From the NCBI GenBank assembly GCA_964016885.1, contig CAXHJY010001023.1:1-44186 (forward strand): DNA of 44,186 nucleotides, read 5' to 3'. Under the pieces are notes generated by a model that made no database searches, had not been told where the DNA came from, and saw only the letters and a list, made by a program, of their open reading frames with translations. The position numbers and the translations under genes are program-made. The DNA is from Eledone cirrhosa (lineage: Eukaryota). How positions within the stretch are numbered: position 1 is the first letter of the stretch; each line of letters starts with the position of its first letter. Positions 1-19,293 of this stretch are shown piece by piece.

Positions 1-632
1 TGGTAGGCTAATAGGGACAGAAATGAAGAAATATATGAGGATACAAAGGGGCATAAAATCATAGTCAATATACTATATTAAATAATAGAAAGGAGCGTAA
101 AAGAGGGGGGGGGATTAAATATAATCATAGTCTATTTGGAGGGGTTGAAAATAAGTTTATGTGCGCATGGGGGGGGGGGGGTATCCAAAGAAGAATCCGA
201 ATAAAATAAAGATAAAAATAAAAATAAAAATAAAAATAAAAATAAAAATAAAAATAAAATTAAATTAAAATTAAAATAAAAATAAAAATAAAAATAAAAA
301 TAAAATAAAATAAAATAAAATAATGTAAAATATATAATCAGATATATATTCATAAGGTGTTAATAGTGAAAATTTATGGTATAGTAGCCAAAAGATTATG
401 AGAGCTAGAATAAAGAGTCGTCAAAAACCAATGATAATAATGATGATAATAATGGTGGTAAACAAAAGAACCTAAACTAAAAAATAAGTAATGGAATATA
501 TCAGCTAATGGATACAATTTGTACTACTAGAACGTTTAGGTTTATAATAAAAGTATGAATTAGAAATAGCGTGGGGGCAAGAAGAGAATATCTCAGACTT
601 TCTATTAAGTAAGGATTCGCTAGAGAAAATTA
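1..632 (-). mobile_element. Penelope-like element fragment (GIY-YIG C-terminal tail + 3' UTR), same family as 26979-29368
   Basis: The minus-strand peptide IIFSSESLLNRKSEIFSSCPHAISNSYFYYKPK matches the + strand remnant near 27330-27430. The reverse complement of 1-632 aligns by eye with ~27325-27880. Confidence 0.85.
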
Positions 633-654
633 TATGTATATATATATATGTATA

Positions 655-714
<60 letters not shown>

Positions 715-715
715 C

Positions 716-1214
716 AATACTCAATACATTAACAGAGAAAGCCTTAAGCTATACTCTGACTGGCTACCATCTCACTCAACAAACATTAGGATATACCTTA
801 GTATAATCCCAATTTTATGTTTGGGGTGCCAAGTATATGTATTTTGTGGAAAGCCAGTTGTATTATTTTATATGAGATATAATTAAAATTAAAATATATC
901 TCTCTTTCCCAACAATTGTTTCATTATAAGTGTTCTACAAGTTGGGAGAATGTGTCCGGGTTATGTAGAAGCCTGCATATTTTTCTGTGAGAACATATGC
1001 AGGTGGTTACTTATAAATCATCAGTGGATGCCCGTTAAACATTGATATAAGAAAACATCTCTTACCACTGTCAGTTTCGTGTCAGCAAATTGTCCCTCCA
1101 CGCATCATAATGACCGCCAAATTTGAAATTCCAGCAGTCTCAGATTGAGGAATTTCACAGCGTCACGAAGCGGAAAAGGGAGGCAATCGCGAAACACAAG
1201 AAAATAAAATAATT

Positions 1215-1216
<2 letters not shown>
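716..1216 (-). mobile_element. Non-coding HHR-bearing insert in (TA)n, probably a PLE pseudo-LTR fragment
   Basis: Unique sequence flanked by (TA)n that contains the HHR motif at 907-1028. No credible ORF. Confidence 0.5.
907..1028 (-). ncRNA. Type I hammerhead ribozyme with ~95-nt branched stem II
   Basis: Minus strand reads tcca-CTGATGA-t-ttataagt...acttataa-t-GAAA-CAATTG-TT-ggga. Stem III is the palindrome ACAATTGT. Stem I is short with one mismatch. Confidence 0.6.
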
Positions 1217-1288
<72 letters not shown>

Positions 1289-1446
1289 AAAGAATGGAGG
1301 TGTAACACACAAGTTATTATATATTGGTAAACGGAATAGAAAATGCTGACAATTGTTCACAGTTGAAAAATGGTTTAATTAGGAATAAAAGAGTATTAGT
1401 GATTGTATGGGTTAGTATTCAGTTGTGGTTTTAAGTTTTTTAAGTT

Positions 1447-1483
1447 TTTTACCGGTTGCGCATTTCTAAATGCTTTTCAAAAA
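1447..1483 (-). ncRNA. Degenerate U3-A8 variant hammerhead (GAAA changed to GCAA) in a pLTR-like fragment at ~1284-1570
   Basis: Minus strand reads ttt-TTGAAAA-gcattt-ag-aaatgc-GCAA-CCGG-TA-aaa, the same layout as 39227-39264. Confidence 0.5.
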
Positions 1484-1569
1484 TAATTTTGAGATAGAGT
1501 GTCCGTGCTGTTTGCTCTGATCTGATTAGTTTTGGGAATTCTACCTGTTTTTATGTTAAAAAAAGTATG

Positions 1570-3027
<1,458 letters not shown>

Positions 3028-3030
<3 letters not shown>

Positions 3031-3534
3031 TTACAAACGAAACGAAATTTAATTTCGTTTCGTTATTTGTTTTTATCGTCTCCGCTGAACCGGTACGTAC
3101 TCACGCTCTATGCAAATTAGTCTGCCCACTACTAATTTTCATAGAAAAAGCATATAACGATATGTGCTTTTACGATTCTCTAGAAAGGCCGGAAGATAGG
3201 TAAATATTGCTGATGAGATGTAACAACATCGAAACTAGTCCAATATTCCTGTCTGGCTTTCTGGAGAATAGAGGAAAGGTGTTTCCTCGAAAACCAGTAT
3301 GACTCTAAAAACCGGTTTGTCTGTGTGTTTACATACAGAATAGCTGGACACTCACAGTCAAGTGTCCAGTGAAAAACTCGGTACATCTACATATGTACAC
3401 GTGTGTGTATTCATATGCATACTAGTATTTCAGTATACATATGTGGATGTACATTTTTAACTTAATTGTTTAAGCGTCAGTCATACAAAAGTGAGTTACA
3501 AACTAAACGAAATTTAATTTCGTTTCGTTATTTG

Positions 3535-3541
<7 letters not shown>
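3028..3541 (+). mobile_element. Non-LTR retrozyme-like element, subfamily A (465-nt monomer + ~49-nt terminal redundancy)
   Basis: gagttacaaac(g/t)aaacgaaatttaatttcgtttcgttatttgtttttat occurs at 3028 and 3493. One intact HHR inside, many hairpins, non-coding, flanked by (TA)n. Confidence 0.8.
3203..3247 (+). ncRNA. Type I hammerhead ribozyme (canonical core, GUC site)
   Basis: aatattg-CTGATGA-gatgt-aaca-acatc-GAAA-CTAG-TC-caatatt: 7-bp stem I, 5-bp stem II, palindromic minimal stem III (ACTAGT). Confidence 0.93.
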
Positions 3542-5069
<1,528 letters not shown>

Positions 5070-5366
5070 ATAAGTTGAAATAAAATGAAAACGAAATTTC
5101 ATTTCTCACTCTTAGTACGGCACTTACTTAAATGTAAGTATGTGTATATACGTACACACATATATGTATACAGACGTACAGTAGCATGCATATATATATA
5201 TATATATATACATACAGGTACACATACATATATGCACGTATCAGTTTAGAGGACGCTTATTATAACGCCGCTTTGTTCGTTTGTAAACAAACTGAACAGC
5301 CTGAATTTTTATGCCGTACGGTGTTAAGGCAACCACGTCACCTTTTTGTTCAACACTGACACAGGA

Positions 5367-5409
5367 ACGATGTACTAGTTTCAAGCTTGTTAGCTATCAT
5401 CAGCACCGT
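5367..5409 (-). ncRNA. Type I hammerhead ribozyme (GUA site)
   Basis: Minus strand reads acggtg-CTGATGA-t-agct-aaca-agct-t-GAAA-CTAG-TA-catcgt. Confidence 0.9.
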
Positions 5410-5663
5410 ATACCCATCTGCCAGATAGTTGAACGTTCGAAAGTATATACTTTCCTTATGAAAATTAACGGCTTAGCAGCCTAATTTGCATATCGAGTGA
5501 GCTAAGTCGGTCAGGCATACCGAAAACGATAACATACCGAAAACGATAAGTTGAAATAAAATGAAAACGAATTTCATTTCTCACTCTTAGTACGGCACTT
5601 ACTTAAATGTAAGTATGTGTGTATACGTACATACATATATGTATACAGACGTACAGTCGCATG

Positions 5664-5727
<64 letters not shown>

Positions 5728-6093
5728 CAGGTACACATACATATATGCACGTATCAGTTTAGCGGACGCTTATTATAACGCCGCTTTGTTCGTTTGTAAA
5801 CAAACTGAACAGCCTGAATTTTTATGCCGTACGGTGTTAAGGCAACCACGCCATGCATGCTACTGTACGTCTGTATACATATATGTATGTACGTATACAC
5901 ACATACTTACATTTAAGTAAGTGCCGTACTAAGAGTGAGAAATGAAATTTCGTTTTCATTTTATTTCAACTTATCGTTTTCGGTATTCCTGACCGACTTA
6001 GCTCACTCGATATGCAAATTAGGCTGCTCAGCCGTTAATTTTCATACGGAAAGTATATACTTTCTAGCGTTCAACTATCTGGCAGATGGGTAT

Positions 6094-6136
6094 ACGATGC
6101 TGATTATAGCTAACAAGCTTGAAACAAGTACATCGT
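6094..6136 (+). ncRNA. Mutated, probably inactive hammerhead copy
   Basis: acgatg-CTGATTA-tagctaacaagctt-GAAA-CAAG-TA-catcgt: core G8 changed to T and the stem III palindrome is broken. Confidence 0.8.
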
Positions 6137-6287
6137 TCCTGTGTCAGTGTTGAACAAAAAGGTGACGTGGTTGCCTTAACAACGTACGGCATAAAAATCA
6201 GGCTGTTCAGTTTGTTTACAAACGAACAAAGCGGCGTTATAATAAGCGTCCGCTAAACTGATACGTGCATATATGTATGTGTACCTG

Positions 6288-6335
<48 letters not shown>

Positions 6336-6388
6336 TGCTACTGTACGTCTGTATACATATATGTATGTACGTATACACAATACTTACA

Positions 6389-11722
<5,334 letters not shown>

Positions 11723-11856
11723 GTAGATAAATCTACCAAGAGTTTACGGTAGTGTCCAATCCGTATGAAGAACTCAATGTCTTCCGGATATCATGGAAAG
11801 AAGAAATGTAATGAAAAATCACTTTCGGTGAAAGATAAACGGTATACAGAGTCAAG

Positions 11857-11960
11857 ATAAAATATTAAACAAATAATGAATAAACAATTTCTCATATTAA
11901 ACAAAAAATAATGAACTTTTTTTGTTTAATATAAGAAATTGTTTATTCATTATTTGTTTA

Positions 11961-11969
<9 letters not shown>
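11857..11969. repeat. 52-bp near-perfect inverted repeat ending a short unique insert (11723-11969)
   Basis: 11857-11908 is the reverse complement of 11918-11969 with one mismatch. Confidence 0.85.
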
Positions 11970-12036
<67 letters not shown>

Positions 12037-12104
12037 TATGTATAATATATATATATGTATATGTATATATATATATTATATATATGTATATATATAAATA
12101 TATG

Positions 12105-12139
<35 letters not shown>

Positions 12140-12227
12140 GATATAATATATTATATATATGTATATATATATATATTTATATATATGTATATATATATAT
12201 ATACTTATATATATATATATATTTATA

Positions 12228-12284
<57 letters not shown>

Positions 12285-12701
12285 TGTATATATATACTAT
12301 ATATAATATATATGTATATATATATATATATATGTATAATATTATATATATATATATGGTATACTATATATATATATATATATATATACTATATATATAT
12401 ATGTAAATATTTTTAAGTCGTTAGGAAGCCTCGACAATGCAAATGGGTAAATCTCGGGTAACAATGTCCGGTGGTGGAGAGAGTGTTGTAAGTTGAGTGT
12501 GTCTTGTGTGTTGTTTGTGTGTGTTGTTGCCTTGTTCATCTGTATTGGCAGTGTAGTATGTTCGTGTGGTGGAATGCTACTGTGTGTGTGTGCGTGTGTG
12601 TGTGTAGTTGTCTCGTTTGCGTAGTGTGTGTGTGCGTGTGTTGTTGCATCGCTTGTTAACTTAAACCAACCATTTCATTTCGCTTCTCTCTGATCGGTTG
12701 T

Positions 12702-13740
12702 TTATTTGCGGTTGCAGTCGTTTGATAAAAAGCGCTTCCTTGATACGTAACGTGCGACGTTTCTTTCAGTCGCTAGAATTGTGACAATGGGCCTTCCGTC
12801 TTTGTTTCCGCATTTGTCTATATGTTTCCGGAAAGACGAGGCCCTGGTTTTAGTGTGTTCCTTGATCCGGATGTGCAAAGGTCGAATTGTGCTACCTATG
12901 TAGTATTGGTTGCACCTGTCACATTCTATCTTATACACGACGTATGTGCGTAGGCAACAGTTAGCATGGCGTATCGGACAGTCTCTGAGGGAGCATGCGT
13001 CAGTAGAATTTTTCGGGTTTCCTGGAGAGGCATCTTCGCAGGGAGGGGCCCGAGTGGCCAGGTGGATGTCGAGGCCCTCCCTCCGTATAGCCTTGCGGAT
13101 AGCGTTGGTGGTTTTCTCGCCCAGGTGTGGCATTTTAAGGAAGCACTTGCCTTGGGTGCTTCTCTGTCTCTTGCGTCTGGTGTCTCCTATTCTGTCTGTG
13201 ATCGAGATAGGGTACCCGTTCGTCTCCAGCACCTCGAGGAATCGCTTGGTATGAGTGACACCACTCGCGGGATCGCTGCATCTGTTTTTGATTCGCGCGA
13301 TCTCGTTCGTGATGTATCCTCTTTTGGCACTGTTAGGGAGGGCGGACTTGTAGTGAACGAATAGGTCCCTGCAGGCTGCCTTTCTGTAGAAGTTGCAGTG
13401 GATCCCTCCTTGTTCCGTGATGTTGATTCGGAAGTCGAGGAGGGCAAGTGACCCGTCTTCGTTGGGGTGTTCAACACTGAAGTCAATGTTCTCGTCCGTG
13501 CTGTTGAACGTCTCATAGATTCTGTTCGCCGTGTCTTGGGAAGATGTGAGGATGAGGATATCGTCCACGTATCTTGAGAAAAAGGCTACGGCGTTGGGGT
13601 GGCAGGCGTTGAGTGCCTTGCGTTCGAGGTTGTCCATGTAGGAGATCGCTAGCACACCTGATAGGCTTGATCCCATGGGCAATCCCGAGGTTTGTTGGTA
13701 TATTTGGTCAAGGAATCCGAAGTAGGTGTTGTCGACGACG
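12702..13740 (-). pseudogene. PLE reverse transcriptase C-terminal half + GIY-YIG endonuclease (5' truncated)
   Basis: Motifs QQTSGLPMGSSLS, RYVDDI, LALLD and VVYKIECDRCNQYYIGSTIRPLHIRIKEH. The ORF-track N-terminus upstream of ~13740 is inverted-pLTR sequence. Confidence 0.9.
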
Positions 13741-14071
13741 CACACACACACAGTAGCATTCCACCATACGAACATACTACACTGCCAATACAGATGAACA
13801 AGGCAACAACACACACACACAACACACACACTCAAGCGAGACAACAACACACGCACACACACACACAGTAACATTTAACAAACAGGCAGAGAATGGACTG
13901 ACAGCTAGCGCCATCTCACTCCCTCATTCGGCACTGACCTCTGTACGACCAACCCCATTTCACGCGCACGCGCGCTCTGCCGAATACCTCAGATATTCAA
14001 AACAACAAACAGCGAAAGACGCATTCCGGACTTGTCCGACAGACAACCTTTTCCCCCACCCCGGAAAAAAA

Positions 14072-14107
14072 CCCCAGTTGATGGATGTGAATCCGAAATA
14101 TATAGGG
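14072..14107 (+). ncRNA. Variant or degenerate hammerhead-like motif in the inverted pLTR
   Basis: ccc-CAGTTGA-t-ggat-gtga-atcc-GAAA-TATA-TA-ggg followed by ATTAAA. The core differs from CUGANGA at two positions. Confidence 0.45.
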
Positions 14108-14410
14108 ACTATTAAATCTCTCCCAAGGTAACTCTCTCTTGTGTTGTTATTTTTATTTTTATCCTTTATACTCTTCCCTTCATTCTACACATCTCACACA
14201 TCTTATACACACCACGCATCTGAACGTACACCCACTTACATCTCTCTCTCTCCACCACCGGACCTTGTTACCCGGAGATTTACCCATTTGCATTGACGAG
14301 GCTTCCAAACGACTTAAAGATATTTACTTATTGTTCCACAATGCTTCAAGCAAACTTCAATACTCTGATATATATATATATATATATATATGTATATTTT
14401 AATATAGATG

Positions 14411-14461
14411 AGATTCTACAGGACTAGAACTGTTTCATTCTTTAGAAATCATCAGGAATCT
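14411..14461 (-). ncRNA. Type I hammerhead ribozyme (inverted pLTR copy)
   Basis: Reverse complement of 19243-19293. Confidence 0.88.
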
Positions 14462-14661
14462 GGGTATCAAAATAATGTGAGTACCTCTTACCTATCTGCA
14501 TTTTTCTGCCTGTAGAGCTGTTTTTATGTGCCTGTGTATATGCGTATATTTATTGAGTACTTATTTATTTGTATGTGTATATATCTGTGTGTATGTTTGT
14601 ATATGTATGTGTATGTATATGTATGTGTATGTATGTGTATGTGTGCACGTGTATATGTGTA

Positions 14662-14716
<55 letters not shown>

Positions 14717-14719
14717 GTG

Positions 14720-14762
<43 letters not shown>

Positions 14763-14875
14763 ATGTATGTATATGTATATCTATGTGTATGTATGTGCAT
14801 ATGTATATGTATGTATATATGTGTGTGTATGTGTGTATATATGTGTGTGTATGTGTGTGTGTGTGTGCATGTGTG

Positions 14876-14907
<32 letters not shown>

Positions 14908-15064
14908 TATAGTATTTACGTATCGAGAAAGAGAAAAAAAGGGGGGGGATAGGTGATACATATAGTTATTTGCCAAGTAGCGTATGCCAAAGGTGCTCGA
15001 TACTAGTGCCGGCAGTATTAAATATTCGAAGTGTTAATATTTAGTGGGCTAGAGAGTTAGCAGA

Positions 15065-15106
<42 letters not shown>

Positions 15107-15234
15107 GTGTGTGTGGATATTTGTGTGTATATGTTTGTGTGGTTCTCTCTCTGTGTGTGTATTTATTTATTTATTTATTTATTATTTATATATGTGTGTG
15201 TGTGTATACATGTGTATATATGTGTGTGTGTGTC

Positions 15235-15267
<33 letters not shown>

Positions 15268-15295
15268 ATGTATATATGTGTATATGTGTATATAT

Positions 15296-16786
15296 AATGG
15301 AGTGAAACAGGGGGATATTCCAGCACCGACCCTGTTTGCCATATACTTTGCAATGGTTTTCTGTATTGCATTCAGGAATTGCGAGCATGGTGTTTACATC
15401 CGATATCGAACCTCAGGCAGCATATTTAACATCAGGCGCTTTGCTGCGAAGACAAAAGTGTTTACATCAATCATAAGAGACCTCTTGTATGCAGATGATT
15501 GCGATCTTGTAGCGCACACAGAGAGTGATATGCAGCACATTTTGAATGCATTTTCTGACCCTTGCACTGCCCTGGGTTTGACTGTCAGTCTCAAGAAAAC
15601 CGTCGTCATGTACCAACCTGCCCCTAGTAAGCAGTACACTGAACCAAACATCTATGTGTATGGCAAATGACTTGGAGTGGTTGATCAGTTTGTCTATCTG
15701 GGAAGCACTGTCAATCGATACGGCAACCTTGACAGTGAAATCTCACTTAGGATTAGGAAAGCAAGTGATGCTTTCGGAAAGCTAGAAAGGCGACTCTGGG
15801 GTCGGCGAGACATATGCAGGAGGACAAAGGTAAAGGTGTACAGGGCATGTGTACTCTCTTGTCTTCTTTATGCCTGCGAGACCTGGGTCACATATCGACA
15901 CCACCTTAAGCAATTGGAGCGTTTCCATCAGATGTGTCTCAGACGGATCCATGGCGTTCACTGGAGGGACCACATCAGTGATGTCGAGATTTTGGAAAGC
16001 TCTATGTGTGACAGTATAGAAGCTCTTGTGCTTAAGCAACGACTCCGTTGGAGTGGTCACCTTGCCAGGATGAAGGATTCTAGAATACCAAAACAACTCT
16101 TCTATGGAGAGTTGGTTAAAGGAAAACGACCGCCACATAAACCAAAAAAGAGGTATAAGGATTCCTTGAAAGCCTCTCTGAAAGACGCTAACATCTCTGC
16201 TGATACATGGGAAAATATTGCTGCTGATCGTAATAAATGGAGAAAGACTGTATATGAGAGAAAAGTTGCCTTTGAGGCATCTCGAATCGCACACGAGAAA
16301 GTAAAGCGGGACGTGAGGAAGGGCATTGCTGTTGCACTTCCAGACGGCGAGGGTCCTCCTATGGTGCTGACATGCAGCGCCTGTGCGAGACTCTGCCTAA
16401 TCAAAGCTGGACTCGAAAGTCATCTTCGCAGTCATAAAGAAAGACCAGTGGTTGACTACCAGGCTGCTGTTGGAGATGCTACTCATCATGCTTGCCAAAC
16501 ATGTGGTAGAGAATGCAAATCAGCAGGAGGGCTCAAGCGACATGCAAAAGTACACGAGCTCCAACCACAGCCGACTATTCCCAGTGAATGTTTTCGTTTC
16601 CGACTCTGTGCAAGACATTGTAGATCATTGGCTGGGCTAAAAAGCCACATTCGATCGCAGCACTGTTAGTTGTTATCGTGTGTGTGCGTGTGTGTGTGTG
16701 TAGATATGCTTATGTGCGTGCGTGTGTGTGTATATATATATGAATATGTATATTATTATTGTTGTTGTCGTTATTATTATTATTGC

Positions 16787-16817
<31 letters not shown>

Positions 16818-17033
16818 GTTATTAATGTATGTGTGTATGTGTATGTATGTGTGTATGTATATATGTATGTATGTATGTATATATATATATATATATATAT
16901 TTTTTATTATTATTATTATTATTATTATCATTATTATTATTTTATTTTATTTTATTTTATTTTTATTTTTATTTATTTTTTTTTCTTCCCGTGCAATGGC
17001 CATACTCGATAACGAGGGGGCAGCCATCATCAT
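15296..17033 (+). mobile_element. 5'-truncated RTE-clade LINE (RT C-terminus + three C2H2-type zinc fingers; 3' hairpin and (CAT)n tail)
   Basis: GVKQGDIPAPTLF, LLYADD, FVYLGS, LLYACETW, RLRWSGHLARM, RIPKQLFYGEL. One in-frame TGA at 15668 and the ORF ends at 16669. The 3' end tggccatactcgataacgagggggcagccatcatcat lies at 16997-17033, after an expanded microsatellite. Confidence 0.9.
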
Positions 17034-17088
17034 GTGTATATATATGTATATATATATATGTATATGTGTGTATGTATATGTGTATATA

Positions 17089-17126
<38 letters not shown>

Positions 17127-17148
17127 AGTGTGTGTGTGTGTATATGTA

Positions 17149-17200
<52 letters not shown>

Positions 17201-17522
17201 TATATATATGTGTATATATATATGTGTATATATACACACACATATGTATATATATATATATATATCTATATATATATATATATGTATAAATATATTTATA
17301 TGTGTGTGTATGTGTATATATTTATGTGTGTATATGTGTATATGTAGGTGTATGTATGTACGTGTGTGTGTGTATATATATATATATATTTATTTATGTA
17401 TACGTATGTGTGTATGTGTGTACGTATGTGTGTATATTTGTCTGTATGTGTATATATGTATATGTATATGTATGTATGTGTAAGTATATGTATATATATA
17501 TATATATATGTATATGTATGTG

Positions 17523-17583
<61 letters not shown>

Positions 17584-17592
17584 ATATATATA

Positions 17593-18620
17593 GTATTAAG
17601 GGTACTATTTATGGTTATGTATGCAATAAAACCTTTGATGGTAATATATTATATATACACAAACCCTAGATAGTGAGAGATAGTCATTAATTACTATCCT
17701 ATTACCAGTAAGATAAATAGCTCAATGTAATAACATCAGTTGTTTTACAGTTGAATCACCATTAATGTAGTTTAGCATAGTAATGTAACTAAGATAACTA
17801 GCTAGTTACCTCCCCTTACGCATTAATTCCCCTTAGTCATTCAGGCAATTCCGGAATCTGGACAGCATGATATATTAATTAAGAACCGACTGGATACGGT
17901 TTATAGCTTGACTATATGCTGAACCACTGCGAATTATACGATAGACGCGTGTTCTCTATATATATATTGCGTCTCATGGATTATGTGAGTGGTGGTGTGA
18001 GCAAGGACAGTGGTACGACCTTGCCTACGATACAATAAGGTTTATATGTATGTTGTTTATATGTATGTTTATATGTATGTTGAAGGTTTTTGATATTTTG
18101 GCGTTTCCCCGCATCCGAGACTGTATATCATACAGATGTATGAGAATAAATGACTTAATAATTCAGCCTATATAATAAGATCGATTGCCTGCTTCAGCTG
18201 CCTGACCCTGCAAATATCATTCTGACGCACTCTAATCATGTATAGATAAGACACGCGTGCATGCTACACGGGAGATTGTTTCATACACTGACTACTCTAA
18301 GCTTTCGTCTTGCTTTATCTTCATAGACTGCCAACGCTTCATGTTTATCTTTATTTTCACTCTTATTTTCACTCTTGTTTTTATTTTATTTTATTCTTAT
18401 CCTGTAACCTTTATATGTAAACTGCCATGCTATATCATTTGATGAATGTCACCCCACTGTTGATCAATATGCGCATATGTTTTATGTGTCTCTTGGGTTG
18501 AAAAGGAGGTCAAGTATGTTATAAATAGTTGCTCCGAAGAATCCCAACCTCGGTTTGGAGGAAACAATTGTAAGCAAATAAATGACTTAAACTGAACTTT
18601 GATTACTGTAATTTCTCTCT
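17593..18620 (+). mobile_element. Unclassified ~1-kb non-coding insert ending in TATA-HHR-AATAAA (solo pLTR-like or non-autonomous PLE)
   Basis: Unique sequence between microsatellites with an HHR at 18529-18577. aataaatgacttaa is repeated at 18145 and 18577. Confidence 0.55.
18529..18577 (+). ncRNA. Type I hammerhead, U4C core variant
   Basis: ttgct-CCGAAGA-a-tcccaacc-tc-ggtttgga-g-GAAA-CAATTG-TA-agcaa. Confidence 0.72.
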
Positions 18621-18669
18621 CTCTCTATATATATATGTATATATATACTTATATTTATGTGTGTGTATA

Positions 18670-18720
<51 letters not shown>

Positions 18721-18823
18721 ATATGTGTATATGTATGTGTATATATATATTTATATGTGTATGTGTGTGTATATATGTATATATGTGTATATGTGTGTGT
18801 GTGTATATATATATATATATAGA

Positions 18824-18857
<34 letters not shown>

Positions 18858-19242
18858 CATATGTGTGTATGTATGTGTGTGTATGTATATATATATATAT
18901 ATATATATTTTATATGTGTGTGTGTATATATGTGTATATGTGTATGTGTTTATGGGTGCGCGCGAGTGTGTGAGTGAGTGTGTTTTGTGAATGTGTCTGT
19001 TGATTTTTGGCATATAGTTGTCTAGTTTAAGAGAAATTTGAGGATAATTGTAAGATATGCAATCAATATTTTGAATTTGTCTACAGAATTCTCTAAACCT
19101 TTGTCACTTAGTAGAACCTTAAAGAATTTAGCTTTTAATGAATTCCCTTTTCTATCAACCAATGACCTATACCCATCCCACTCCCCACCCTCTCCCACCA
19201 CTTGTAGAGACCTATAAATACCAAACTTATTTTTTGATGCCC

Positions 19243-19293
19243 AGATTCCTGATGATTTCTAAAGAATGAAACAGTTCTAGTCCTGTAGAATCT
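19243..19293 (+). ncRNA. Type I hammerhead ribozyme in PLE pLTR
   Basis: agattc-CTGATGA-t-ttct-aa-agaa-t-GAAA-CAG-ttctagtc-CTG-TA-gaatct. TATAAATA at 19213 and ATTAAA at 19301. Confidence 0.9.

Larger units (their letters stand above)
5070..6388. mobile_element. Non-LTR retrozyme-like element, subfamily B (~460-475-nt monomer): ~1.6 tandem copies, then ~1.1 inverted copies
   Basis: taagttgaaataaaatg recurs at 5071 and 5547. From ~5852 the sequence is the reverse complement of the unit. There is one HHR per full unit and a 17-nt duplication at 5516-5549. Confidence 0.82.
12403..14365 (-). mobile_element. 5'-truncated Penelope-like element (Penelope/Poseidon-like) with inverted pLTR
   Basis: RT/GIY-YIG ORF on the minus strand. 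12405-12483 is inverted at 14246-14330 and ~12495-12595 is inverted at ~13741-13835. Confidence 0.88.

Noticed and set aside
11760-11845. ccgt-ATGAAGA...GAAAGATA-aacgg as an expanded hammerhead
   Set aside because: C3 is missing and there is no convincing stem II or stem III.
12910-13516. Antisense and alternate-frame ORFs over retroelement coding regions (also 15394-16404, 30248-31325, 41399-42055)
   Set aside because: These are shadow ORFs of RT genes with no recognisable motifs.
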